Below, one piece after another: positions 24,301 through 35,846 of a DNA stretch of 64,000 nucleotides. Source of the DNA: Cyanophora paradoxa CCMP329 (lineage: Eukaryota > Plantae > Glaucophyta); assembly GCA_004431415.1 (NCBI GenBank), contig QPMI01000190.1:62001-126000 (forward strand), read 5' to 3'. Every line of letters begins with the position of its first letter. The first letter of the stretch is position 1. A program made the translations under genes and the position numbers. The notes beneath the pieces were generated by a model that saw only the letters and a list, made by a program, of their open reading frames with translations, was not told the DNA's origin and searched no databases.

Positions 24301-27300
24301 CCTCGAGCCGGCCCTCGCCGCCCTCCGCCGCGCCCGCATCCTCCCCTCTGCGGGGCCCCGCGGGGGCGGCCGCCGAGGGCCCCTTCTACCTCCCCGGCGA
24401 GGCGGCCGCCGCTTACGGCTTCGAGGCGGAGCTCCGCGTGCTGGACCCCGCCGCGCTCGCCGCGCTGCCGCCGGCCGACGAGGCGGCGGCGCGGGGCGCG
24501 CTGGAGCGCCTCGGGGCGCGCCCAATGGACCCGCGCAGCGTCATCGCCGCGCACGTCGCCCGCGCATGGCCGCCTGCCCCGACCCCGCGCCGTCCGCCCT
24601 CTCCTGCATCCGCGCCCCCCGCTCATCGCCTCCCCTGACCCCCGCCCCCGCGTGCAGCTGGTGGGGTACCTGGCGTTCGTGCGGGACCACTTCGAGTCGG
24701 CGGTGCTGCGGGGGATGGAGGCGGCGGAGCAGGCCGCCCTCCGCGCCTCGGCCCGCCTGCTGGCGGTCCGCGGGGGCGACGAGCTCGCCGTGGCTCCCGG
24801 CGCCGCCCGCCTGCCGCCCCTCTACGGCGCCCCCGTCGACCTCGCCGCCCTCCCCGGCTGCCCCGCCGCCTTCCCCCTCCTCTCCCCCGCCTACGCCGCC
24901 GCCCTCCCGCCGGGCGCCCCGCCCCCCGCCGCCGCCTGGGGCCCCCTCTTCCGCTGGCTCGGCGTGCCCCCGCTGCTCGCCGCCGCCCCGCTCGCCCCGC
25001 TCCGCCTCACCGCCGCCGAGCGCGCCACCGACGCCCGCTGGGGCGCCGCCCCCGTCCTCTCCGACCCGCCGCCCTCCCCGCGAGGGCGAGGGCGAGGGCG
25101 AGGCCGGCCCGGCCGCGTGGCCCCCGCGGAGGCCTACGAGGTGCTCGACCACGAGTGCCCCGAGCTCCCCGAGCTGCTCGCGCGCCTCGCCGCCGCCGCC
25201 GCCTCGCCCGCCGCCGCCGCCGCCGCCCTCGCGCCCCTCGCCGCCGCCCTCGCCGCCGCCTGGGCCGAGCACTACGCCGCGCGCGCCCTCGCCGCCGTCA
25301 CGCCCTCGACGGCGCCGGGCGCCCCGCCGGGGCCCCTTCTCCGTCCCTCCGCCTTCCTCCTGCAGCTCCGCTCCCTCCCCTGGCTGCCCCTCCGCGCGGG
25401 CCCGCCGGCGAGGCGCGCCTTGGGCCGCCCTCCGGCGCCCTCCTCCCCGCCCCGAGCTGGTGCTCGTCTTCGGGGAGTGCGCGCTGTACGCGGCGGGGCC
25501 CGTCGAGCCGCCCGCCCTCGCCGCCGCCCTCGGCCTCGCCGCCCGCCCGACCCCGCCGCCCTCCTCGCCGCCCTCCGCCGCTGGGCCCGCCGCCCGCCGC
25601 CCCCTCCGACCCCGGGTCGGACTCGGGGGCCCCCGCAGCGCCGGCGCCGGACGGGGCCTGCCTGGGGCGCGTCTACGGGTGCCTCGCGGAGGCGCTCGCG
25701 GCGGGGCGGGCGGAGGGCGCCTCCCTCCGCGCCGCCTTCGAGCGGGGCGCGCTCCTCGGCGTGCCCCGCGCGGGCGCCGCGCCCCTCTTCATCGCCCCCG
25801 GGGCGGCCTGCTGGGAGGACGGGACGGGGGTGGTGGAGGAGGAGGGCGCCGTGCACGCCCTCGCCGAGCGCTACCCCGAGGCCCTCTGGCCCTTCTTCGA
25901 GGCCCTCGGCGTCCCCGCGCCCCGCCCCCCGCCGCCTGCCTCGCCGCCCTCCGCCGCCTCGCCGCCTCGGCCCCCGGCGCCTCCGCCGCCCGCGCCGCCG
26001 ACGCCGCCGCCCTCCTCGCGCACCTCGCCCGCTCCCTGCCGCCCCCGCCGCCCCGGGCCTCCCGACCCCTCCCCGCCGCCTTCGCCGGCTCCGCGCGCAC
26101 CGCCCGCCTCCTCCCGCCGCCGGGGGGCCTGGGCCTCGCTCGCCGAGGGCCCCCTCACGGACGAGTCCCCCGAGGGGCCCTCGCGCCCCTCTTCGAGCCC
26201 TGCCCCGCCCTGTCCTGTGCTTCGCGGGGGCGCGGCGGGGCCCCCCGTGCCCCGCGACGTGCGCGAAGCGGCGCTGGCGGCCGTTCGCCGCCTCGGCGTC
26301 CCCGACCTCGCCGAGGCCGCCGACCGCCGCGTCCTGCCCGGCGGCCCGCCCCGCCCGAGCCGCCCCTCACCTCCGCCCTCCGCCGTCTCCTCCCCTTCGC
26401 CCAGCGCTACCTGCGGGCCCGCCACCCGGGCCCTACGCCGCCGCCTGCGCCGCCGGCCTCCCCGCCGCCCTCGCCGCCCTCCGCGTCGCCAGCGCCCCGC
26501 GCCTCGCGGTCGCCTACGCGCTGGAGGGCCGCGAGTCGGCCCGCGCCCGGCCCCCTGCGCCCTCGACCCCTCCGACCCCGCCGCCCCGCGCCTCCTCTGC
26601 CGGGAGCGGGGGGCGGCCGCCGGGGCGGCGCTGCCGTCGCTGCTGGGGGAGCTGACGCGGCTCTTCTTCGGGGGGCGGCGGGAGTCGCCGCTGGCCAACT
26701 TCCTGGCCGTCCTCGCGGGGCTCCTGGGCGAGGGGGACGACCCGGCCGCCGGCGAGCGCGCCGAGGAGTACGCGCGCGGCTCCGAGCAGCTCCCGCCCCT
26801 CCCGGAGGGCGAGGCCGCCTGGGAGGCCCCCGACGAGCCCGAGGGGCCCGAGGGGCCCGAGGAGGCCGGCGCCTCCGGCCCGCACCCCGCCTCCTCCGCC
26901 CCGGAGGCCGAGGGGGAGGAGGAGGAGGACGTGACGGCGGAGGCGCTGGCAGCGACGGGGCGGGGGCGGGGCGGGCAGGAGGCCCCCGCCGGGGCCGGCC
27001 GCCCGGACCTCGAGGCGTACCTGGAGGCCAAGCGGGCGGAGGAGGCGGCGGCGCTGGCGGCGGGCCGGCAGGCCGGGGCCGATGTCGGTGCCCCGGGCGG
27101 CCCGTCTGCGGCCGGCGGCGCGGCGGGGTTCGTGATGGAGGAGGTAGACGCGGGGACGGCGGAGCGGGAGGCGCAGCGGATGCCGGTGCTGTACCGCAAC
27201 GCCGCCAGCAGGGGCGACCGCTCGGCCGTGGGCCGCTGGGGCGAGGAGTTCGTCTGGCGCTTTCTCGTGGCGACCCGCCCCGGGGCGGACGTGCGCTGGC

Positions 27301-27740
27301 TCAACAAGGAGGCCGAGACGGGGGCGGAGTACGACATCCGGGTGACGGAGGGGGACGGGAGGGTGGAGCTGGTGGAGGTGAAGGCGACGGCGACGGCGGA
27401 GAAGCACCTCTTCGAGGTCTCCTACCGCGAGTGGCACACCGCACAGATGGAGGGCGACGGTGCGCCCCCCCACCCGCCCCTGCATTTGCCCACCCTTCCA
27501 TCCCCCCGCCCACTCGTCCCGCCCGTACTGTGCGGACCTGCAGCCTTCACCATCTACCGTGTCTACAACGCGGGTGAGCGTCACTGAGTCACTGTCCAAC
27601 TTAATCTCTCTGCCAATTCTAGGTCCTTACGCATATGTGCATGGACCGCGGCAGGCACACCGGCAGTGAAGCTGACGCGAGTGCGGAACCCCTACCGCCA
27701 GTGGCGCGACCGCCGCATCGGCATCTGCTTCGCCCTCTAG
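18334..27740 (+). CDS. NOV: NO VEIN/sacsin-like GHKL ATPase with C-terminal DUF3883 (PD-(D/E)xK-type) domain, N-terminal P/Q- and RE-rich regions and a SWIM Zn finger
   Basis: LSEDLYAK|DIHLALELVQNADDNRY, FNNE|VGF, ICDVGASTK, IGCKGIGFKSVFHVTD, FAYLP|LRSYGLRFVVQADW; GRWGEEFV...WLN...YDI...VEVKAT...FEVSYREW; CDCPN...FCSHLYAV. Several apparent frameshifts in GC runs. Confidence 0.85.
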
Positions 27741-28029
27741 ACTCGAGTCTAGAGCCAAGCCTCTCCGAGTCAGCTCCGCCCCTCGCGATCGAGCTCGGCA
27801 TGAAGCTAATTGTTCGGACTCGAAATTCAACAACGTACGTATACTGTCATTCGCACACAGACGGAATGGAGGGAGGTTGGGAGGTTTTGGGAGGTGAGCA
27901 TCCGGACACCCCAAAGTGGGAGAGGGGGAAGGAGGTCCTTAAGCTTCCCCAATATATGTGCACGTGGGAGCATGCGCAGAGGCCAAGGGCCTAACGATGG
28001 GCTAGAAGACTAGCCGATGAGCCTCATGA

Positions 28030-31000
28030 TCACTGCCGGGAGGGGACGAAGGGACTCTTGGAGAGGGCCTGGCGAAAACCCCTGGAGCCTTCCGAGACCA
28101 CGGGCCACCGGTCGACCCCGAGCCTGCTGCAGGCCTTCTTGAGCGTCTTGGGATCGAGTTCGAGGTGCAGAGCCGCATCTTTCTGCTTCCAGCCTGCCTC
28201 GAAGAACCACCGGATGCAGTCGAGCGTGACCTTCTTGCTCCCCTTGCAAGGCTGCGGGGCCGTTCCAGACGGCGGGGCAGGCGGGACCTGCACGGACGGC
28301 AGGGCCGGCGGGGCCGGCGGGACCGGCGGGACCGGGGAGTAGGGCTGGTACTGCTCGAGGGGGGGCGGGGGGTAGGGCTGCTGCTGCCAGAGGGGGGGCG
28401 GGGGGTACAGCTGATCATGATGCTGCTCGAGAGGAGGGGGGTAGGGCGGCTGCTGCCCGAAGGGAAGCGGGGGAAAGAGCTGCAGGCGATGCTGAGCGTG
28501 TGGCTGCCCGAGCGGGGGGCTGGAGGGCGGCCACTCGGGGAGCGGCGGCACCCAGGGAGGCTCGAAGCGCAGCAGCCCGGGAGCACTGGAAGCGCACTCC
28601 CAAGTCTCTCCCGGGGACGCCTGGGCGGGAGATGGCGCGGCCACGGTCGCCCGCTTCACGGCCTTCCGCCCCGGGGCCTCCTCCGCCCCCGCCGTGTCGG
28701 CCGCCTGCAACCGCTTACCCTCCCCTGCCCGCCTGTCTGCGCCGGCCAAGGTCGGCCGGGGCAGCTTCGCCTTCGCCGCGCGCTCCTCCGCCGCCTCTTC
28801 CTCCGTAGCGCGCTCCTCGGCCGCCGCCTCCGCCTCCACCGCCGCCCCGGGCGCGTGCCGGGTCACCCCAGGCCCCGCGTCGCCGTCGCCTCGCGTCGCC
28901 ATCGCCCGGCACCGGGGCTCCGGCCGCCGCGGGCGAGCTAGCGGGCGCACGCTGGGCATTCCGACGAGGTCGGTGGCGGCGATCTTGAGGAGGCGCGCCT
29001 CGCCGTAGTGCTCCGGCAGCGACATCTGCTCGAACTGGGCCGGCGCCCCCCGCGCTCGCACCCCGGCGCCTCTGTCTGGGGTGGGGCCTCGCGGGGGGCG
29101 CGGCGCACGGAGAGGCACGGGAAGTCGCTCGGCTCGGGCCCCTCCTGCGAGGCCGGCGCCCCCTCGACGTAGATCTGGCCCCCCCGCTCAGGCGCCTCGG
29201 AGTGGATCGGAGCGCAGGCGGGCCCCGCGCACCGCCTTGATGGTGCCGACGAGGATGGAGGCGGCCCCTGAAACCTTCTCCCGCTCGTACCGCACCTTCA
29301 CCTGCCCCCCGCGAGCAGTCGCCCGGCTGAAGGGAGGCGAGGGGGAGGCGCGGGGCGCGCCCTGTGCCCCGGCTTGTACGTCGTCTTGCCGAGCTTGACG
29401 AAGTCGAGGGTGCGCCCGATCACCTGCCCCCGCCCGCCCCGCCGGCGCTCAGCTGCAGCCGGGGCCGGCCGGCGCCGGCGCCGCGCCCGCCTTCTTCGTG
29501 CGCGGCTCCTTGAAGTCGCCCGAGAAGCGCTCCGGGCAGGAGACCTGCCCCCGCGCTCAGCTTGTGATTCAGCCGCCCTTCTCTCCTCCGACATCGAGTA
29601 TAAAAAGGGGCGCGCCTCGTCGTCGAACTTGTGCCACTCCTTAACCCTGGCGCGGAACTCCCTGCGCAGCTCCTCGTACTCGTCCGCGATGAGCGCCTTG
29701 AAGGCCGCCGGGTTCACCGCCATCTGCGTCTGCGCCCCCGCGTCACCGCCCCGAGGGCGAGGCGAGGAGCGCCGCCGGCCCCGCCGCCCGGGAGGGGGGG
29801 GGGGGGGGGGGGGGGGGGGGAGGGAGGGAGGGAGGGAGGGAGAGGGGTGTGTGGGCGGGCCTTGTGGCTCTGCGGCTCGAACTCGCTGCTGAGGAAGAGG
29901 AAGCCGCGGACGCGGGGCCAGCACTCGAAGGGGAGCTCCCTGCTGCGCCGCCCCGGCTTGTCCATCCACGCCAGCCACTTCTTGTTGTTCGTCAGCGTCG
30001 CCTGCGCCATGCTCCTGCCGGGCGGCGCGTCGGCGGGGCCGGGGGACCTTGGGCCCCTCGCGGTCCCCCAGGCCCGTCTCCCGCACCGTCGACGTCTCCC
30101 GGTTCTTCAGCACGGGGAAGTACTTCAGGACGATCTGCCCGCCCCCAGCGGAGGCCGGCTTGAGCTCGAGGCTCGCGCGCTGGGCCCCGCGCGATCGATC
30201 GCGGACCGTGACTTCGACGGAGCGGCGCGAGCTCGTCTTCTCGTCCACGTACTGCACCGTGTACGTCTTCTCCCACCGCAGCCTGCGCGCCGGCCGGGCG
30301 TGGGTCGGCGTCGCGGGCTGGGCTGCGTCCGGCCTGACCTGGGGTCGCCCTGGCGGGGCCAGTCGTCGCCGGCGGCCGTCGCGGCGCCGGGCGGCGGGTG
30401 CAAGCACCGGTGGAGCGCCCGGACCTGATCGCGATCGCGGGAGCGAGCGCAGGCTTCAGAATAAGAAAGGCCAAGCGTGCAGGGCGCCACCGACCTCGTT
30501 CTCGATGGAGGCCTTCACTTCCGACGAGATGGCGGGCGGCGGATGCTCGAGCTGCGAGAGCGCGTACGGCAGCACGCTGCGGCCGCCGGCCGGCGTCAAA
30601 TCTAGGATCGCGCGGCAGGGAGAGAGAGAGAGAGTGGCGCACAGGCGCGTGAGCTCTTGTTTGCCCTGCTAGATCGCGATCAATCACTGACATGGGGCGA
30701 GAGAGCAGAGGGCAGCACGGGCGGCAGGCGAGGCGCACATCGTACTCCACGACGATGAGCTTGACAGGGCACAGAGCCTCGGGGAGCTGCATGGGCTGCT
30801 GGAGAGGCTGCTCGGGGTCGGGCAGGGGGAGGTGCTGGAGCCGCTCGGGGTCCTCCTTAAAGCCGCCGTGGAGGTAGAAGTGGTACGTCTCTGCGCGCCC
30901 CCCGCTCACCCAGAACTCTATCCCAACCGCAAGCGCAGCGTGATCGATATCATGAAGAATCAGGCGACCGGCAAGGAAGCGGATGATGGCCGTCTTGTGC

Positions 31001-32815
31001 GCCCTCCAGTAGTCCGGCACGCCGGCGTTCACCTCGCTGATCTCGATGCTGCGCGAGTGCGCGCGTGAGGCAACGCGGGGCGGTGCGCGAGAGGCTCGAG
31101 CTCGGGGCGCGGGCGCAGGGGCCGAACTGGGTGAAGGAGCCGACCTCGAGCTCGTCCGCGTTGGCGAGCGCCTGCTCGAACCTCGCCACGTGCTGCCGCC
31201 TCTGCTGGATCTCCCGCTGCACGCCCCCACCGCGCGTCAGTACTGGCGCGCGCCCAGGCGCCCCTCGCCCTCCTCTCTTTCTGTCGCTTCCGTCTTCACG
31301 TCATCTTTATCTTCATTCGTTCTATGCTGGCGCGTGAATTCAAAGCCGACGCACGAGGTCCATGTTGAGCCTGTAGACCGTCAGAGAGTCCTCGACCTTG
31401 GAGGTCAGCTTCAGGAGCGGGCCAAAGAAGAAGATCGCTGACTTGGCGCCGATCCCGAACCTGGCGCGGAGTTAGAAAGCTGCAGGGCGGGCGGGGCGCG
31501 CTCCAGGCACCGCGAGAACTCGCTGGTCATGTGGAAGCGGGAGCCCTCGACGGGGTCGACGAGGCTCGGGCGAACGTCCCTCTGGCCCTCGCGCACGTTC
31601 CCGCTGCTCGCCAGCCGCCCGAACTCCTTCATCTGCTCGTTGCTCATGCCGTAGCCTGCGGCGCCGGCACGTCCGTCAGGTCGCGGCAGATCTAGAGTCG
31701 GAGAGGGGTGCTGGAGGGGGTGCGAGGGGCTGGCGGGTGGGGGAGGCTAGGGGAAAGCACGACGGGGAATGCGACGGGAGAGGAGGATGGATGCTGGGAA
31801 GGGGTCGCCGGGGAGGTGGGAGCCTCGCGAGCGCTGTCGCGCCCTCCGGATCCCCCCTCGGCCCTCTCACCTCGCCCCTCCCCCCTCGGCCCTCTCCATA
31901 TCATTATGCTTCGAGAAGAAGCGTGCATGGCGGGGGGAGGGGGGGGGGGGTGGGGCCGGGGGAGGGGGGGAGATGAAGGGGGGGGGAATGCGCGGAGTGG
32001 GGGGGGGGGGGGTCCGGGATAGATACCGTCGTCGCTGATCTCGATGGTGCGGGCAGCCTCATCGATTCGGACCTCGATGGTCCTCTGCGACTTTGCCTTC
32101 GTTGCCTCCAGGCTGTTGTCCTGCGCGCGGCCCAGCCGCGCACCGGGCCGGCTTTAATGCCAGCGGGGCGGGCCAGAAATGCGATGCGGTCTCGCAAGGC
32201 GCACGATTAGCTCAGAGAGGGCGACCTCGACATTGATGTCCGTCGCCACCACGTCGTAGATCTGCCGGCGTCCATGAGCGGGGCTCGGAGCGCGCGAAAG
32301 TGGAGGGGCTCCACTCGGGAGACGTCGGGGTCCGCGTGAATTTCCTCCGCGTCGAGCGCGGGGGCGGTCTCGTTGGAGCTGGGTGTAGCCCCATAGTGAA
32401 CGAGGATCCTCTTGATGCCGAGCACGGCCGGAGGGCGGAGGTCGTCCGGCTCCAGCCGTCGGCCCGTCTGCACTCGACAGAACCGATCAACAACCGCGTG
32501 CGCGAGGCGTGAGCGGCGCTGTCGACGCGCTCGCTCAAGACTACGGACCTCTTTTAGCAGCTGAATGCACTGCGCATGCGCGGGAATTCGAAGCGGGGCG
32601 AGTAAGGTTACCGGTACGCCGCGCGCTCGCGTGTGCATGTGCGGCCTAGCCTCGAAGCGCTAGCTCCAGGCCTCGGGATGAACCGATCACAGGCCGAGCC
32701 GCTCACAAGGATCGTGAGGGCGCACCTGCGAGTCCACCCCAGCGAGTGCCGCGGCGTGGGTGAGGAGCTGGATGTTCGCCCTCTCCGGCGACTCGAGCTC
32801 GTTGAGCTCATACTG
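28030..32815 (-). CDS. SMCHD1-like GHKL ATPase/transducer/BAH-like module fused to a C-terminal RWP-RK-like domain
   Basis: ALSELI|DNSLEA, ISDDG|YGMS, SEFSR|FGIGAKSAIFFFG, SFT, ETYHFYLHG, ECWPRVRGFLF, KTTYKPG|VKV...LVGTIK; final exon KVTLDCIRWFF...KDAALHLELDPKTLKKACSRLGVDRWP. 5' end uncertain. Confidence 0.8.
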
Positions 32816-32923
32816 ACTAGCACGCGGCGGCCTCTTCTCGGGCTCTGAGCCGCTGAGCCTCTAGATCTGACTGGGCCGGCCGCCGGTTGGAAACGGGGTA
32901 GGCCTAGGTCGAGCTAGCTGGGT

Positions 32924-33010
32924 GCTCGCCGAGTCGACTCGGCGAGCGCTAGCTCGCCATCGGCATGCGCAGCTGCACTGCGGCAGCTGCCGCAGTGCAG
33001 CTGCGCATGC
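32924..33010. repeat. Two perfect palindromes (24 bp and 48 bp)
   Basis: GCTCGCCGAGTCGACTCGGCGAGC at 32924-32947; GCATGCGCAGCTGCACTGCGGCAG|CTGCCGCAGTGCAGCTGCGCATGC at 32963-33010. Confidence 0.95.
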
Positions 33011-33277
33011 GCGCGCGCATCATGGCATCAGCTCGAGCTCGCCATATGCATCGGCATGCGCAGCTGCCGCAGTGCGGATCCGGAGCTGAGGCGGCCAGCG
33101 CCGCGGCCGGCAACCGTACAGCCTGCAGGCTGCAGCTGGCCCGGGGCGGCGCCAGCGCCGGGCGGCCGCGGCGCCGGCGCGCGCCGAAGTCCTGCAAGCC
33201 GCTAGCCGGCGCCGGAGCTCACCTAGCTACGCTGGCCAGCTCGCGAGCCTGTCGGCTAGCTCGCCGGCTTAATGCAC

Positions 33278-34960
33278 GGGTACTGCAACTCGATAGGCCG
33301 AAACTCGCAGGAGCTCTTTTTTTCCGCGTTCGGTACAGCAGGTACTTGATGCGGCCTAGCGCGCCACGCGCTGCTTCCCGAGCACTGGCATGTATGACAA
33401 GCTCTGCCGAGCATTGCAAGAGCTTTCTTATGCACTTGGTCCGGCCCCTATGCGACCACAGGATCAGGCGCTGCAAGGGATAGTTTAGGAAAGGGTCCGG
33501 TCCTTTTTTCCGCGCAGCATTCCGCTCTTTCCGGGTTCTGACAACGAATTCGGGGCTCTGATGCATGCACTAACACTGGGTTAAGAGCTCGGAGCTGGAT
33601 CGGGAGATGAGCAGACTCGTCATTTTGTGAGTTACCGAAAACGGGGGCCCTACTAGCAGACCGCGCCCGGCCCTGTGCAAGATCGGCAAGTGCGGGCCGC
33701 GCGCGGAGGTGCAAGGGGGGGTACTGGTACACATTGCAGGGTACTTAGGGTGTGTGTGGGGGGGGGGGGAGGGGGGGCGGAGGGGGGGGGGGGCAGAGAG
33801 GCAAGGCGGCGGCCGGCGAGGCGGGCGGGGTCGCGAGGCGGGCAGGTGGGGTGGCGTCGCGGGCGGCGGCACCAGGCAGGCAGGCAGGCGAAGGCGGCGG
33901 CGGGCGGGGAAGCGGGCGGAGGGGGAGGGGCAGGTGGCGCCGGGCCCTGCGCAAATCCTGCACATACGCATGCGCAGAGCTGAGGCGTCAGCTCGCCCCG
34001 GACAGGGGCCGTGCGGGGGCGGGGCCCAGCGGGGGCGGCCGGGCCAGGTGTGCAGCAGCAGCGGCGGAGCGAACCTGGAGTCGACGACGCTGAGGCAGCC
34101 GGCAGGCGGCGGGCGGGGAAGCGGGCGGAGGGGCAGGTGTCGCCGGGCCCTTCGCATAGCCTGCGCAGGGCCGAGGCGTCAGCTCGCCCCGCGGCCGGAC
34201 AGCCGCGGCGCAGGGGCGGGGCCGAGCCCGGCGCGACGTACTAGGAGCAGCTGCGAATGCTGCGACGCCGCGGCCGCCACACTCTGATACGGAACGCCGG
34301 CCGCGGTTCAAGCCACGCATACGTGGGGCCGCGGCCGAGGCGTGCAGGTGGCGACCCGCCCCGTGCTTAAACTGCGCTTGAAGGGCTTGACAACATCGAG
34401 CTGGAGTCTGCTTGATCACGAATCGGAGTCCGTCAGAAACCGAGAGCGTTGGCAAAACGCCGCGGCCGCGGGCGCGCACACAGCCGGCGTCGCGGCGTCT
34501 CGGGCGCCTTCTTCCTGCACTCTCTCGGCGCTCTCCGCCACCAGGAGCGGCTGTGCCCGCATTCGCCACCAGGAGCGCATCCGCGGCTGTGCCCGCACGG
34601 TGCTGCTGTCGCCGCCGAGGCCGCAGCCGGAAGCGCACCGGAACGCGACGTTGCGGGCGCGCCGCTCCGCCGCTCCGCCGCCGCTCCGCCTCGAGCTCGG
34701 CACGCCGCTCCGCCTACGCAGAACGAAGTCCGGGATCCGGGTACTGTAACGCGATTGGCCGAAACTCTCAGGAGCACTTTTTTCCGGCGCCCGGTACAAC
34801 AGGTACTTGAGGCGGCCTAGCGCGCCACGCGCCGCGTCTCGAGCCCAGGCATGTATGACTGAGTTTGTAGAGCGCATTGAGAGCATTCAGGAGCACGCGG
34901 TCCGGCGCATATAGCGATAGCGGGTGAGGAGCGGCTTCGACATGTTTGCGCAGCCCCGCC
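33278..34960 (+). repeat. Diverged direct repeat of about 200 bp (copies start at 33278 and 34740)
   Basis: Both copies read GGGTACTGyAAC.CGAT.GGCCGAAACTC.CAGGAGC.CTTTTTT...CAGGTACTTGA.GCGGCCTAGCGCGCCACGCGC...GGCATGTATGAC. Confidence 0.9.
33885..34230 (+). repeat. Second diverged direct repeat of about 130 bp (about 33885-34030 and 34100-34230)
   Basis: GGCGGCGGGCGGGGAAGCGGGCGGAGGGG...GCAGGTG.CGCCGGGCCCT.CGCA...GAGGCGTCAGCTCGCCCCG occurs twice. Confidence 0.85.
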
Positions 34961-35846
34961 CTTGCATTTTTTTCCGCCGCTCGCAGCGGCGACGATGCGA
35001 TCACACCTATACGAGAGCGCATGCAAAGAATCTCATCTTACAAAAATTGCTAACACAGAAAGTACGCCGCACCAATTCACCAGGGGAGCAAGGGAGGGGG
35101 TACCCCCCCTTGCAACGTATACCCCGTTTCCAAAACGGGGGCCCTACCCCGTTTCCAATCAAGCTGACGAGCCAGCTCTCCCACACGCTGGTACACGATA
35201 AGGAACGCCGGCGAAGGCGAGGGATCTGCGCGCCGGTCACCTAGGACGCTCCAAGCGAACACTCGCACGCAGCGATGCAGCACTGGCGCGCTGTGTTATC
35301 AATGCGCACTGGCGCGCTCAAATGCTTGCTTGAGCTCGAGAATGCGCTCTGGTCGCGGCAGAAGTCGACGGTCGACGTCGCGCGCGTACTCACACGTTGC
35401 GGATGAGAAGGCCGGCACCTCTACCCCGCCCGCCCTTGCTCCCCTCGCCGCTTCCTTCTTTGGCCGCTGCCGGCCCCGCAGACTGCCGCCCTGCCGCCGC
35501 TGAGAGTCCCCCGTTCCAAGAATCAGTTTTCCGCAGGCGCTGGCTAGTTAGCTTCCGCAGTCACCGCAGCGTGACGACGCACCGCGCACGCGCAACGCTC
35601 GGCAACATCTCTCCGGTCAATCCTGTTGCAGGCGAGCCGCGCCCGCTGCCGCGCTGCGCCCGAGCGCCGACCCCCGCCGCAGTTTGATGGTCGCTCGGCC
35701 GCGACAGAGAGCGAAGCTTTTCCAGTGACCGCAGCCGCCGACGAGCCGCACGGGCGGCGCCGGCCCCGTCAAACTGATCGCTCCCGCCGGCGGTACCGGC
35801 CCGAGGCTTCAGCTTAGCCAAGCACCCGCGCTTGCACTCGAAGGAA

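Larger units (their letters stand above)
32887..35158. mobile_element. Putative non-autonomous element: 16-bp inverted repeats, palindromes and internal direct repeats
   Basis: TTGGAAACGGGGTAGG (32887-32902) is the reverse complement of CCTACCCCGTTTCCAA (35143-35158); hairpins near both ends; no convincing ORF; no target-site duplication seen. Confidence 0.45.

Noticed and set aside
21000-27000. NOV-like gene as a pseudogene because of repeated frame switches
   Set aside because: Switches fall in G/C homopolymer-rich stretches while ATPase and nuclease motifs are intact, and similar slips occur in several other genes; long-read consensus errors are more likely. Needs read polishing to settle.
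20088-27577. Long Arg/Pro/Gly-rich ORFs in alternative frames
   Set aside because: Expected from stop-codon scarcity at very high GC; no domain signal.
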